The notes under the pieces: model-generated
Databases searched by the model: none
What the model saw: the letters and a program-made list of their open reading frames with translations, nothing else
Told to the model about the DNA's origin: nothing
Shown here: positions 28,494 through 39,456 of the stretch, piece by piece
How the letters are laid out: each line of letters opens with the position of its first letter
How positions within the stretch are numbered: the stretch's first letter is position 1
Position numbers and translations under genes: made by a program
From: Fervidobacterium sp.
GTDB taxonomy: Bacteria > Thermotogota > Thermotogae > Thermotogales > Fervidobacteriaceae
Direction of reading: 5' to 3'
DNA: 64,000 nt
Assembly: GCA_049970055.1 (NCBI GenBank)
Contig: JBMFNR010000002.1
Span: forward strand, 564,406-628,405

Positions 28494-29111
28494 GTGATAC
28501 ATTTATTTCTTGCGCATTTCGTTGCAGACCACGGTTTTACAGATAACACAAAGATAAGAAGCTACACGGGTTATAAACTTATTGAGCACATAGTCTGGTC
28601 TTTGTTTGCACTCCTTGCTTTTACATTTGACACATTGTTGAAGACAGAAAGAGGAATAATAGTTTTAAGTATTCTGGCTATTGTTCATATTCTCGGCGAC
28701 ATTCTTCGAACAAAGATAAGAGATCTTAAAAAAATACACATCCTGGAATTAACGGAGCTTGCAATAGCGCTCATTCTAAACTACTTAGTTGCGGATCTTT
28801 TTGTTTATTCGTATATCTCAAAAGAATTTGCAATATACCTACTTGGCATGGCAGTTGTTAGTATGGCTGTGACGTACATTTTCAGAAACTTTTATCCCGG
28901 AGATTTGCGGTACAACGATCTTGATGGTATATCTGAAAGATTGGCTTTTTTTGTTTTTTTCTTGGCAAAAAATTACGTGTTTGCCTTCCTCTCGTTGGCC
29001 CTTGGATTTTTATACAGACTATGGAAAGTAAAGAAGTTTTCGTATACGTGGCTCATTAGCCCATTACTTGGTGTTGCAATTACAGTCATTTGGAAATTAT
29101 GGATATACTGA
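28494..29111 (+). CDS. Membrane protein, DUF3307-like
   Basis: LFLAHFVADH, multiple TMs, GISER. Confidence 0.65.
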   Translation: MIHLFLAHFVADHGFTDNTKIRSYTGYKLIEHIVWSLFALLAFTFDTLLKTERGIIVLSILAIVHILGDILRTKIRDLKKIHILELTELAIALILNYLVADLFVYSYISKEFAIYLLGMAVVSMAVTYIFRNFYPGDLRYNDLDGISERLAFFVFFLAKNYVFAFLSLALGFLYRLWKVKKFSYTWLISPLLGVAITVIWKLWIY

Positions 29112-29126
29112 TGGAGGTGCTCGAAC

Positions 29127-31469
29127 GTGAAAATTTCTCTGCAATGGTTAAATGAATACGTCCAAATAACAAGGGACGAAGTGCTTGAAATACTTCCCAA
29201 GCTTGGTTTTGATATCGATGAAAATGGTCCAGTTTTTCCAGTTAGTGGTCCCATCGTAGTTGGCAAGATAGAGAGAGTAGTGAAGCATCCAAACGCAGAG
29301 AAGCTAGTCGTATGTGAGGTTAATTTAGGCAACGAGCATAGAACAATACTAACCGCCGATGTTACCGTACAATCAGGAAAGTACGTGTACGTTGCCCTTG
29401 AAGGAGCAAAACTTGCTAACGGTGTTGAAATTCAGAAGAAAGATATGAGAGGGATTGTTTCGGAAGGTATGCTTTGCTCTTTAGAAGAACTTGGTCTTGA
29501 GGAAAAGAGTGAACATGTGTACATGAGTGATGAAGAGCTCCCGCTTGGTGAGGATGTCATAAGATTAATAGGGCTAGATGACTGGTATATAGATATGGAA
29601 ATTACACCAAACAGGCCTGACTGCTTGTCTTATTTTGGAGTTACTAGGGAATTGTCTGCTGGACTTAAAATAACACCAAGATTCCCGATTCCAGATGTTA
29701 AATCATCAGGCAGTGACGCTATCAATATCGAAATTAATACCGACGGATGTTGGAGATATACAGCAAGAGTTATCAGAACTGTCAAAGTACAACCAAGCCC
29801 GGTGTGGCTCCAGAAAAGACTCATAGCATCTGGTTTGAGACCTATAAATAATATCGTTGATATAACTAACTACGTTATGCTTGAAACAGGTCATCCTGTA
29901 CACGCATTTGACCTTGCTAAATTGTCAGGAAGGATTGTAGTTCGCGATGCTCAACCGGGAGAATCTATGTTATTACTTGATGGCAAGACTTATAAATTCT
30001 TTGGTGGCGAAGTGTTGATAACCGATGGTGAAAAGTTACTCGCACTTGGTGGTATTATGGGTGGAGAAGAATCTGGAATATCTGAAAACACCACGGACAT
30101 ACTTCTCGAAGTTGCTATGTTCGATCCTGTGAGGATTAGAAAGGCTTCTCGTAAGTTGGGGGTTTCTTCCGATGCTTCTTACAGGTTTGAAAGAGGTGTT
30201 GATTTTGACGACGCTCGCTACGTAATTGATAGGCTCTCAGAATTAATTCAAAAGCTCGCAGGAGGTGAACCATCCACTCAGGTTGTTGATGTGTGGAAAA
30301 AGAAACTCGATGAGAAGGTAATCTATGTGCCAAAACATTTTGCGAAAAAAGTTCTAGGGATTGAGATAAAACACATTGGTGGATATATTGAGCCTCTTGG
30401 TTTTGAAGTAGAAGAAGGGAAAGACGGATACAAAGTGTATGTTCCTTCATTTAGGTACTTCGATATATCTATTCCAGAAGACATAATAGAGGAAGTAGGG
30501 CGAATCCATGGATATGATAGTCTCCACTCGGAACCACCAAGGATGTTGGCAATTGAAAAAGGAAGAAGTGAGCACCAAAAGGTAAGGCATGAAATAAAAC
30601 AACTTATGACAAGTTTTGGATTTAACGAAGCTAACACTCTTTCTTTTGTTTCAAGTAAGTTGATTGAACGCTTTGAAATAAATGGCAGAGGTATTTTGGT
30701 AAGTAATCCAATAATCTCCGATTTCGATACTATGAGACCGAGCATACTATACGGGTTGTTGGAATCCCTATCGTATAACTACAAAAGACAAATTAAAGAT
30801 ATTCGATTATTTGAAATCGGTAAAGTATTTGCACAAAAAGATGGGAAACTGCATGAACAAGAAGCACTCGCGTTTGTTGCAACAGGAAGGGAGTCTGTCA
30901 GCGATTATACAGACAAAAGAACAGTATCATTTTACACATTTAAAGGGGTTTTGGATGAAATATTTATAAGATTTGGAATAGAAGCGAAGTTTGAGGAATA
31001 TTCAAAAAGGGGTTTTGTACCAACAAGGTGCTCAAAAATTACGATTGGCGGTGAAAATGTGGGTTTCATCGGCATGGTTGAGCAAGAAGTTGCAGACAAA
31101 CTCTACGATGTAAAAGATGAAATTTACGTTGCGGAAATCTACCTCGAGAAGCTTTATGAATTTCTAAGGGTGAAAAAACAATACAGGTCAATTCCTCAGC
31201 TTCCATACGTGAGAAGGGATGTTTCTTATCTAATACCAATTGGGCAACAAATAGAAGGATTGTTAGAAGTATATAAGTCTAATCCACTTGTCGAGGAAGT
31301 CGGGATTGATGATATTTACAGACAGGTAGGAGAGGGGCATTACAGTGTGACAATTTATGCGAAATTCAGACACCCTGAACGAACGCTTAGTGATGAAGAG
31401 GTTGATTTAGCGATAGAAGACATTAAAAAACAAATAAAGGAAAAATTTGGAGTGAATCCGAGGTTTTAA
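29127..31469 (+). CDS. pheT: Phenylalanine-tRNA ligase beta subunit
   Basis: HPNAEKL, SEGMLCS, TPNRPD, NIVDITNYV, RFERGVD, EEVGRIHGY, RRDVS, RTLSD. Confidence 0.97.
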   Translation: MKISLQWLNEYVQITRDEVLEILPKLGFDIDENGPVFPVSGPIVVGKIERVVKHPNAEKLVVCEVNLGNEHRTILTADVTVQSGKYVYVALEGAKLANGVEIQKKDMRGIVSEGMLCSLEELGLEEKSEHVYMSDEELPLGEDVIRLIGLDDWYIDMEITPNRPDCLSYFGVTRELSAGLKITPRFPIPDVKSSGSDAINIEINTDGCWRYTARVIRTVKVQPSPVWLQKRLIASGLRPINNIVDITNYVMLETGHPVHAFDLAKLSGRIVVRDAQPGESMLLLDGKTYKFFGGEVLITDGEKLLALGGIMGGEESGISENTTDILLEVAMFDPVRIRKASRKLGVSSDASYRFERGVDFDDARYVIDRLSELIQKLAGGEPSTQVVDVWKKKLDEKVIYVPKHFAKKVLGIEIKHIGGYIEPLGFEVEEGKDGYKVYVPSFRYFDISIPEDIIEEVGRIHGYDSLHSEPPRMLAIEKGRSEHQKVRHEIKQLMTSFGFNEANTLSFVSSKLIERFEINGRGILVSNPIISDFDTMRPSILYGLLESLSYNYKRQIKDIRLFEIGKVFAQKDGKLHEQEALAFVATGRESVSDYTDKRTVSFYTFKGVLDEIFIRFGIEAKFEEYSKRGFVPTRCSKITIGGENVGFIGMVEQEVADKLYDVKDEIYVAEIYLEKLYEFLRVKKQYRSIPQLPYVRRDVSYLIPIGQQIEGLLEVYKSNPLVEEVGIDDIYRQVGEGHYSVTIYAKFRHPERTLSDEEVDLAIEDIKKQIKEKFGVNPRF

Positions 31470-31500
31470 ATTTATGGTACGTTTGGGGGTTGTTGTATGG

Positions 31501-32241
31501 ATGGCCAAAAAAGATTACGTACATGCAAGAAACTTTTTGAAATCCAACTGGGAAGAGTTAGAGAAGTTTACAAGTGATCAGAAGAAAGGTGTTCCAATGC
31601 CACCTATTGAAAAACCAGTCCAAAATGGCGCTGTACTGATTGATTTACCGGAAGTTAGGCATATTGGAGATAAAAGTGTTTCACAAGCCATTGAAGGTAG
31701 GGTTAGTCATAGAAAATACAAAAATATCCCACTGACGTTGGAAAAAATTGCTTTTCTACTATGGGCTACGCAGGGAGTTAGGAAGGTAACACCTACCGTA
31801 GCTTTCAGAACTGTACCATCAGCTGGTTGTAGACATCCATTTGAAACATACGTGTACGCAATTAGCGTTGAAGGTTTTGAAGAAGGTATATATAGGTACC
31901 TTCCACTTGAGCATAAATTGGTGCTTCACAAGAAAGAACCTTACCTTCGTGAGAAAATAATAAGAGCAACACTTGATCAGACGTTTGTTGGTAGTGCTGC
32001 TGCTGTATTTATCTGGACTGCTATACCATACAGGACGGAGTGGAGGTATGGACCTGCGTCTCACAAAGTCATCTTGCTTGATGCTGGACATGTGTGTCAA
32101 AATCTGTACATCGCATGTGAAGCTATCAACGCAGGTACGTGTGCTATAGCAGCTTATTCGCAAAAACTAATGGATGAATTTATTGGTGTGGATGGTGAAA
32201 ATGAGTTCGTTATTTATTTAGCACCGGTTGGGATCGTTTAA
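31501..32241 (+). CDS. SagB/ThcOx-like nitroreductase family protein
   Basis: RVSHR, LLWATQG, RTVPSAG, DAGHVCQN. Confidence 0.88.
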   Translation: MAKKDYVHARNFLKSNWEELEKFTSDQKKGVPMPPIEKPVQNGAVLIDLPEVRHIGDKSVSQAIEGRVSHRKYKNIPLTLEKIAFLLWATQGVRKVTPTVAFRTVPSAGCRHPFETYVYAISVEGFEEGIYRYLPLEHKLVLHKKEPYLREKIIRATLDQTFVGSAAAVFIWTAIPYRTEWRYGPASHKVILLDAGHVCQNLYIACEAINAGTCAIAAYSQKLMDEFIGVDGENEFVIYLAPVGIV

Positions 32242-32273
32242 TAAATTGAATTTTACTAGAAATTAGAAAATCA

Positions 32274-33155
32274 ATGTTCAGGAGGGATTTTTTGAATAAC
32301 TTCAATAAAAAGATTGTAGCAGTTTTCTGGTTATTTGTACTCACCTTTCTTTGGGGATTAACTTTTCCCATACAAAAGCTTATATTAACCGAAGATATTT
32401 CACCATTTTTGTACAATGCGATCCGATTTTGGGTCGCAACTTTTTTATCTGCTCTACTCTTTAGAAACTCCGATTGGAAACATGGTACAATCCTCGGGGT
32501 GGTTATGGGAATTGCTTACGCAACTCAGACGTGGGGGTTAACGATAACAACATCAACAAAAAGTGGGTTCATAACATCACTTTACATAGTGATTGTACCG
32601 TTTTTTTCGTATGTTATAGAAAGAGAAAAGGTCAGATTTATGCAGGTAGTAGGTTTCTTCGGCGCATTGATTGGTATGTATTTATTGAGTGGCGGACTGT
32701 CCGATTTTAATTTTGGTGATTTTCTAACAACGATCTGTGGAATAATGTACGCTCTACATGTTGTACTGATTACACATTTTTCAAAGGCAACGAGCGAATA
32801 TGCTTTGCTTACCCCGCAATTTCTTACAGTTGCAGTACTTAACACCATTTTCAATCTTTTTTATCCAAATGCTAGTTGGAATTTCGGCCTATCAGCAATT
32901 TCAGTTGCCACGTTCACTGCTGTTACCGCCACTATTGTAGCTATAATAATTCAAGCAAAGTACCAAAGGGTGGTTGGAAGCAACATTTCCGCACTTATCT
33001 TTGTTGGCGAACCTGTCTTTGCAATGCTTTTATCCATGATTATACTTAAAGAACACATCACATCCTCACAATTAGTTGGTATCATTATAATGATGTTATC
33101 TATAATTATGGGTGTTATGGAAAGCACAGAAAGGAAAGAAAGTAATCATGACTAA
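32274..33155 (+). CDS. DMT/EamA family transporter
   Basis: LWGLTFP, QTWGL, SGFITSLY, EPVFA; start uncertain. Confidence 0.9.
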   Translation: MFRRDFLNNFNKKIVAVFWLFVLTFLWGLTFPIQKLILTEDISPFLYNAIRFWVATFLSALLFRNSDWKHGTILGVVMGIAYATQTWGLTITTSTKSGFITSLYIVIVPFFSYVIEREKVRFMQVVGFFGALIGMYLLSGGLSDFNFGDFLTTICGIMYALHVVLITHFSKATSEYALLTPQFLTVAVLNTIFNLFYPNASWNFGLSAISVATFTAVTATIVAIIIQAKYQRVVGSNISALIFVGEPVFAMLLSMIILKEHITSSQLVGIIIMMLSIIMGVMESTERKESNHD

Positions 33156-34197
33156 CGGGGTGTCAGAACATCAACATAACCGTTTAAATTGGATTGATTA
33201 CACAAGAGGATTTGCTCTTATTTTTGTTATTTTTGCCCACTCGCAAATTCCGAGTCATCTATTTGAATTTGTGTCCTATATCATTGCAGTTTTTCCGTTC
33301 ATATCGGGATATCTTTACAAAGCCAAATCCATAAACGATGTAGTTAAAAAAAGATTTCCGTTCATTCTAAGTTACTACTACATAGGTGCCATAAATTACT
33401 TAATCTGGATAGCATTTGTTCCTGACACATTTAGAAGAGCTGATAACTTTACATATCTCAAAAACTACCTTCTTGTGAGAACGGATTTATTCGAAAAAAT
33501 ACCGCTTGTTGTAGTACCGCTTTGGTATCTTGTTTTTCTCTTTTTTGCCGAAGTTTTGTACCATTTTACCCTAAAAACACGAACGCTCCAGATTTTCATT
33601 ATTGTTGGTGTATTATCAAGGTTTTTCCACAGCGGAAGCCTTCCGTTCAAATTAGATGTAGTCTTAGCGAGCTTGTACATGTTTGAAATTGGAAGGTTAT
33701 TTAAGGAAAAAAAGATTCAAGTTGTTAATCTCATAGGTCTTTTGTCTCTTGTAACTTGGGTGGTCATTACTACTTTGAATGGTTCAACGAGCTGGAATAC
33801 AGATGAATACGGTAGAAATCCACTGTTATCAATAATCGGTGAAATTTCATGTGTGGTCTTTGTTGTATGGATAAATCAAAGCATTGAAAAAAGAAAAGTA
33901 ACTAACAAAATACTTGGGAAAATACTAAAATTCTTCTCAGATAACGCTTTGTTTGTACTTGGTTATCATATGCTACTTGGAAGTTTGGTAATACTTCTTT
34001 TGATACTTTTGAAATTCAGCGTCACGGAAGAGAATTTGAGAAACTACTGGTATATTACATTTGCGATAATGCTAGTTACCACATATTTAATTACATTAAC
34101 TTTGCCTGCGAGTGTTAAAGAAATACTGACCAAACCAGATCGTCTACTTGGAATGAATAAGATTTTGAAAAAGGAGAGTAAAAACAAAGATGATTAG
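33148..34197 (+). CDS. Acyltransferase family 3 membrane protein
   Basis: RLNWIDYTRG..VIFAH, FISGY, PLWYL. Confidence 0.85.
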   Translation: MTNGVSEHQHNRLNWIDYTRGFALIFVIFAHSQIPSHLFEFVSYIIAVFPFISGYLYKAKSINDVVKKRFPFILSYYYIGAINYLIWIAFVPDTFRRADNFTYLKNYLLVRTDLFEKIPLVVVPLWYLVFLFFAEVLYHFTLKTRTLQIFIIVGVLSRFFHSGSLPFKLDVVLASLYMFEIGRLFKEKKIQVVNLIGLLSLVTWVVITTLNGSTSWNTDEYGRNPLLSIIGEISCVVFVVWINQSIEKRKVTNKILGKILKFFSDNALFVLGYHMLLGSLVILLLILLKFSVTEENLRNYWYITFAIMLVTTYLITLTLPASVKEILTKPDRLLGMNKILKKESKNKDD

Positions 34198-35944
34198 CAT
34201 AAATAACCTTTCGATAGAATTTCCGCATAAGAAATTATTTTCGGATTTCAATGCAACCGTTTTTCCAAAAGATAGGTTAGGTTTGATGGGAAAAAATGGT
34301 TCCGGGAAGAGCACTTTGCTTAAAGCGATAGCAGGCATTTTCAATGATTACAACGGTGAAATATCACTCTCTGGAAGTGTTCTGTACTTGGACCAGTACA
34401 GAACGTTTGATGCAACAACACCATTTGAATATTACTCACAAGTGGCAGACACACCGGAGAAACAAAAACAGGTGAGAAGTATATTGAAAGGGTTGGGGTT
34501 TGAAGAAGAAGATTGGTACAGAGATATATCCACGTTCAGTGGTGGAGAAAAAACAAAGTTACAGCTTGGAAGGCTTTTCATAGAAGAGCCCGACTTCTTG
34601 TTACTCGATGAACCTACAAATTTTCTCGATATAGAGAGCATTGAATTTTTGAAAAGCTTACTTAATTCTTACAAAGGCGGGTATATAATAATTTCTCACG
34701 ATAGGGATTTTCTTAGAAGTGTGTGTAAGAAATTTTGGGAAATAAGCAACGAACGTGTTTGGATATTCGATATGGACTTTGATCGCTACCACATTGAAAG
34801 ACAGCGCATTATCGAAACGCAAAGAAGACAAGTTGCAAACATTCAAAGAGAAATAGAAAGACTTAAGACAATAATTGATAGGTACAAAAAGTGGGGAAGG
34901 GAAAAATTCACAAAACAAGCTAAAAGTCGAGAAAAAGTACTTGAAAAAATGCTTGAAGAGTTAGAAAACATGCCCAATCTCTACCTTGAAGAAGAAAAGA
35001 AAAAGATCAGCATACCCGAGCCGGATAACACAGGTTACGTTATCTTAGAAGTGAAGAATGTCTCGTGGAATAGCTTGTTAAATGATGTTTGTTTTACTGT
35101 TTATCAGAAAGATAAGATAGCGATCGTTGGTCCAAACGGATCTGGTAAGACTACACTTCTTAAAATCATCACAAATCAAACTAAATATACTGGAAGTGTA
35201 AACTTTGGTTACAAAGTTAACATTGTGTACGTTGATCAATTCGTTAACTTGCTTGACCTTGATAACACAGTATTCGACGAAATCTTTGAAGAAATGCCTG
35301 ATAAGCCAGATTATGTAATCCGTGCGTATGCGGGCAGATTTGGGTTTAAAGGTGAAGATGTGTTCAAGACAATTGATCAGTTGAGTGGTGGCGAAAGACA
35401 AATACTCGCGCTTTCAAAGGCACTTTTAAGGAGACCAAATTTATTGATATTGGACGAGCCTACGAATCATATGGATCTCGAAACAGTTGAAGCACTTGAA
35501 GACGCTCTAAAAGAGTATAAAGGTAGTGTTATAATCGTTTCACATGATTTGGAATTAATTAAAAATGTGTGTAATAGATTTTTGACTATAAAAGATGGAA
35601 ATGTGATAGAGGTTCGTGAACCTATATTTTTTTCAAAACAAATAAAGAAAGCGGAGAAGAAGAAAAACATAGATTTTGAAGAAAAAAAGAGAATGAAGAA
35701 TCAATTAAAGAGTTTAAAAAAGCGTTTTGAGGATCTAGTATTTGAAGAGCAGCAGATTACTCAAAGAATTGACCAGATAAATAGCCAAATGTATGGGCTT
35801 TCAGATTACGTGAAAGTTATGGAACTTTCGGAGGAAAAAGAAAAGCTCGAAGAAAGGCAGCTAGTTATTCTCGAAGAAATTGATGAACTGAGAGCGAAAA
35901 TCGAAGAATTGAATGTCTATCTGGATGATTCATCGGAAAAATGA
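34190..35944 (+). CDS. ABC-F family ATPase
   Basis: Two ABC domains (GKNGSGKS/FSGGE/LDEPTN; GPNGSGKT/LSGGE/LDEPTNH), no TM, C-terminal coiled coil. Confidence 0.93.
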   Translation: MISINNLSIEFPHKKLFSDFNATVFPKDRLGLMGKNGSGKSTLLKAIAGIFNDYNGEISLSGSVLYLDQYRTFDATTPFEYYSQVADTPEKQKQVRSILKGLGFEEEDWYRDISTFSGGEKTKLQLGRLFIEEPDFLLLDEPTNFLDIESIEFLKSLLNSYKGGYIIISHDRDFLRSVCKKFWEISNERVWIFDMDFDRYHIERQRIIETQRRQVANIQREIERLKTIIDRYKKWGREKFTKQAKSREKVLEKMLEELENMPNLYLEEEKKKISIPEPDNTGYVILEVKNVSWNSLLNDVCFTVYQKDKIAIVGPNGSGKTTLLKIITNQTKYTGSVNFGYKVNIVYVDQFVNLLDLDNTVFDEIFEEMPDKPDYVIRAYAGRFGFKGEDVFKTIDQLSGGERQILALSKALLRRPNLLILDEPTNHMDLETVEALEDALKEYKGSVIIVSHDLELIKNVCNRFLTIKDGNVIEVREPIFFSKQIKKAEKKKNIDFEEKKRMKNQLKSLKKRFEDLVFEEQQITQRIDQINSQMYGLSDYVKVMELSEEKEKLEERQLVILEEIDELRAKIEELNVYLDDSSEK

Positions 35945-35964
35945 GAAAGGAGTAGATACTTGGT

Positions 35965-36387
35965 ATGGAATTTATAGTGTCAAATCACTACAATTTCGAG
36001 CTTACGGAAGATGATATCCAATACTTTTCTGAGCGCCGGTTTGTTAAAGTGGAACCAATAACATTGGTCTTCAAACACAGTAATGAAGAGATCGGATTTG
36101 TAGAATTCGATATACGCGTAGTGAACAGAAATGCATATCTCACGTACTACTTAAAAAATGAACACAGAGGCAAGGGGCTTGGAAGTGAAATGTTAAAAAG
36201 AGCCATAGTATTTGCATTTAACGAATTGAATCTAAATAGGATAACAGCAGAAGTTTATGAATATAATATAGTTTCCATGAAGCTACTTGAAAAACTCGGT
36301 TTTGTACAAGAAGGTAGACTAAGGAAAGCAAAATTTCACAATTCTCGTTTTTGGGATATAATTATCTATGGATTGCTCAAGGAATAA
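35965..36387 (+). CDS. GNAT (RimJ/RimL-type) acetyltransferase
   Basis: HRGKGLG, N..SMKLLEKLGF..EG. Confidence 0.9.
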   Translation: MEFIVSNHYNFELTEDDIQYFSERRFVKVEPITLVFKHSNEEIGFVEFDIRVVNRNAYLTYYLKNEHRGKGLGSEMLKRAIVFAFNELNLNRITAEVYEYNIVSMKLLEKLGFVQEGRLRKAKFHNSRFWDIIIYGLLKE

Positions 36388-36403
36388 AGAATGAGGTGAT
36401 GAG

Positions 36404-37282
36404 ATGGATAAAGAGATCATAATAGGTGCCCATATGCCAATAGGTGGTGGTTTTACAAGAGTTCCGGTAGAAACTGTTGAAATTGGTGGTAACACATTTC
36501 AGATATTTCCCCACAATCCTCGACAATGGAATGCGAAATTACCTTCAGAAGACGATGTTGTCCATTTCATTAGAGGTGTAAAAAAGTACGGACTCAATCC
36601 CGAGTACTTTTTGTGTCACTCAGGATACCTTATTAACATAGCAGGTCCGAGAGATGATATTTGGGAGAAGTCTGTTGAATTATTAGAAATTGAAATGAAG
36701 ATATGCGCAAAACTTGGCATAAAGTACTTGAATATTCATCCGGGCAGTCACTTAGGCGAAGGTGAAGAGAAGGGGATTGAAAGAATAGCGAAAGCACTGA
36801 ATATTGTTATGGAAAAAGAAAAAACAGTGCATATAGTCCTTGAAAATGTAGTTATGAAAGGTGGAAATATTGGATACAATTACGCGCAGATGAGAAAAAT
36901 CCTTGAAATTTGTAAATATCCAGATCGAGTAGGTTTGACTTTTGATACATGTCATGGTTACGATGCAGGCTACGATATCACAACACAAGATGGTATTCAG
37001 AAACTCATCGATGAGATAAACCAAGAAGTTGGTATAAACAAGCTCAAGTTTATCCACTTGAACGATACAAAAAATTCATTAGGTTCAAATAAAGATAGAC
37101 ACGAAAACATCGGTAAAGGGACTTTGGGTATCGAAGGATTGAAAATGTTTTTAAGTCACCCAGCATTCTCCTTGTTACCGCTTATTTTGGAAACACCCGG
37201 TGATAATCCAGAGCACGCGGAAGATATTGCTAAAGTGAAAGAAATCTGGAAGATGATAAATAATTTAAAACTTGGGAAGTGA
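36404..37282 (+). CDS. nfo: Endonuclease IV
   Basis: IGAH, HSGYLIN, HPG, LEN, DTCH, HLND, DRHENIG, ILETP. Confidence 0.95.
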   Translation: MDKEIIIGAHMPIGGGFTRVPVETVEIGGNTFQIFPHNPRQWNAKLPSEDDVVHFIRGVKKYGLNPEYFLCHSGYLINIAGPRDDIWEKSVELLEIEMKICAKLGIKYLNIHPGSHLGEGEEKGIERIAKALNIVMEKEKTVHIVLENVVMKGGNIGYNYAQMRKILEICKYPDRVGLTFDTCHGYDAGYDITTQDGIQKLIDEINQEVGINKLKFIHLNDTKNSLGSNKDRHENIGKGTLGIEGLKMFLSHPAFSLLPLILETPGDNPEHAEDIAKVKEIWKMINNLKLGK

Positions 37283-37739
37283 TAAAGTGAATAGTGGATT
37301 TACCATAAACAAGTCCGAAATGGAGTTTAGTGAAAGATTCAACGCACCAATTTCTGAAGTATGGAAAGTGTTTTACAATCCAAACGGTTGGGATCCATGG
37401 TTCACCGATGGGATGAGGATATACGAGAATGGTGATATATACTTCAGATGGTTTAGATTAACAGATGGCGAAGTAGTAACAGATAATGGGAAGATAGTTA
37501 CAGTTATAAAAGAAAGACTATTTTCGTTTTGGTGGTATGAATACGAAGATGGTTACAGGTCATTTGTTGAATTGGATTTTCAACCAACCGGTGATAACGA
37601 AACGGTGGTTACGATAAGGGATAGGACATTTATAAAAGATGAGAGCGAACTGCACATCAGATATGGTTGTGCGTACGGTTGGGGACAGATGATGTTGCTG
37701 GCCAAATTATTTATCGAAAAGAGATTGATAGTTATTTAA
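37272..37739 (+). CDS. SRPBCC/AHA1-like domain protein
   Basis: FNAPISEVWK...WDPWF; C-terminal GW helix; start uncertain. Confidence 0.75.
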   Translation: MGSDKVNSGFTINKSEMEFSERFNAPISEVWKVFYNPNGWDPWFTDGMRIYENGDIYFRWFRLTDGEVVTDNGKIVTVIKERLFSFWWYEYEDGYRSFVELDFQPTGDNETVVTIRDRTFIKDESELHIRYGCAYGWGQMMLLAKLFIEKRLIVI

Positions 37740-37753
37740 AGGGAGGGAAAAAT

Positions 37754-38365
37754 ATGAAAGCAACCGTTGTACTAAATGGAATATCTTCCGGAACAATGTA
37801 CATAACAGGTGACATAATCATTGCAGTGGATGGAGGGGCTGAAGAATTAAAGAGAAGAGGTATTCTTCCAACGGTTGTCATTGGTGATATGGACTCAATT
37901 TCACAAAGTACTCTCGAGTACTTCAAGTCGAAAGGAGTACAGATCGCCATTTACCCGCATGAGAAAGATGAAACAGATTTAGAACTTGCGTTAAACTATG
38001 CATTTAAAAATGGTGCTAGCGAAGTTGAAGTTTTGAATTGGCAAGGTGAAAGAGTAGATATGATTCTTGCTATGATAGGACTAATCAGCAAGTACAAAAA
38101 TGTAACAGCAATCGCAGACAACTGTGAGCTTGGTGTTCTTGGAGAAGGGGAGTACTCATTGAAAGCAGTTATTGGTGAAACATGGTCCTTCATACCTTTA
38201 TGTGAGGCGGAATTTTCAATAAGAGGTTTCAAATACATATTTGATGGAAAAATGTCCATAACTTCTCCGATTGGCGTAAGTAATGAAGCTTTGGAAAACG
38301 CTGTAAAAGTGAGTATTAAAAATGGTAAGGTGGTGTACATCCGTTGGAAAAGAAAACCGTTGTGA
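37754..38365 (+). CDS. thiN: Thiamine diphosphokinase
   Basis: [24 protein letters not shown]. Confidence 0.93.
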   Translation: MKATVVLNGISSGTMYITGDIIIAVDGGAEELKRRGILPTVVIGDMDSISQSTLEYFKSKGVQIAIYPHEKDETDLELALNYAFKNGASEVEVLNWQGERVDMILAMIGLISKYKNVTAIADNCELGVLGEGEYSLKAVIGETWSFIPLCEAEFSIRGFKYIFDGKMSITSPIGVSNEALENAVKVSIKNGKVVYIRWKRKPL

Positions 38366-39456
38366 TACTTGGTGCAACTGGCTCCATAGGCACTCAGAGT
38401 GTAGATGTTATATCCAAGCTTAAAAACTTCAAGATCGTTGGCATATCTTTTGGTAAGAACTGGAAGTTGGCAGAAGATATAATAAAAAAATTCAATATTA
38501 AATTTTACCATGGGAGTGTTGAGTTGTCCGTTGGAAAGGGACTAAATACAATATCTGAGTTATTAGAAAAGACACTACCAGACATAGTTATCAGTGCAAT
38601 TCCAGGGTTTGACGGTGTCCGGGCAACTATTGAGGCTATAAAGTACACGAAGAGAATAGCGCTTGCAACAAAAGAAGCTATGGTTTGCGCCGGTCCTTTT
38701 GTTAAATCAATTGCAAAGGAAAGAAACGTCGAGATCATTCCAGTGGATAGTGAGCATTCCGCTATTTTTCAGCTCTATGAACCTTACATCGATCACATCG
38801 TTATCACCGCTTCCGGTGGTGCGGTTAGAGATATTCCGTTGGAGAAAATTCCTTACCTCAAGCCAACCGACGTATTAAAACACCCCACTTGGAGTATGGG
38901 AAATCGCATTACTGTTGACTCAGCAACCATGGTCAACAAATTCTTTGAAGTTGTTGAAGCTCACGAGCTTTTTGAATTGACATACGATAAAATAGAAGTT
39001 TTTATTAATCCTTCAAGTTTCGTACATGGAATCGTCTTTCTTAAAGATGGCACCATAAAAATTCATGCTGGTAAACCAGATATGCGGGTTCCGATCGCAT
39101 ATTCACTAACATACCCATCGCGCGAGTACCTATCTTACGTATCAAGAGTTGAAGAATTTGATATGAGACTTCTGACTGTTGAGAAAAGTCGCTACCCTTT
39201 ATTTTTCTTCGGCTTGGAAATTATCAAAAATGGAGGATTAGCTGAACGTATAGCCTTTAATAGTGCCGATGAACTAGCAGTACAATATTTCCTTGAAAAT
39301 CACATCGAATTTGGTAAAATTGAGAGAATAGTAAAAACAACAGTTGAGATAATTAACAAACGCGATTTTAAGATCAATTCTTTGGAAGACATCTACGAAG
39401 CAGATAAATTGGCACGTCAAATTGCAAAGGAGGTTTTGTATGGTAGTGTTAGTTAA
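38344..39456 (+). CDS. dxr: 1-deoxy-D-xylulose-5-phosphate reductoisomerase
   Basis: [34 protein letters not shown]. Confidence 0.97.
   Translation: MEKKTVVILGATGSIGTQSVDVISKLKNFKIVGISFGKNWKLAEDIIKKFNIKFYHGSVELSVGKGLNTISELLEKTLPDIVISAIPGFDGVRATIEAIKYTKRIALATKEAMVCAGPFVKSIAKERNVEIIPVDSEHSAIFQLYEPYIDHIVITASGGAVRDIPLEKIPYLKPTDVLKHPTWSMGNRITVDSATMVNKFFEVVEAHELFELTYDKIEVFINPSSFVHGIVFLKDGTIKIHAGKPDMRVPIAYSLTYPSREYLSYVSRVEEFDMRLLTVEKSRYPLFFFGLEIIKNGGLAERIAFNSADELAVQYFLENHIEFGKIERIVKTTVEIINKRDFKINSLEDIYEADKLARQIAKEVLYGSVS

Noticed and set aside
31501..32241. SagB/ThcOx protein suggesting a RiPP (azole) cluster
   Set aside because: No YcaO, E1-like protein or Cys/Ser/Thr-rich precursor nearby; stand-alone nitroreductase-like members are common
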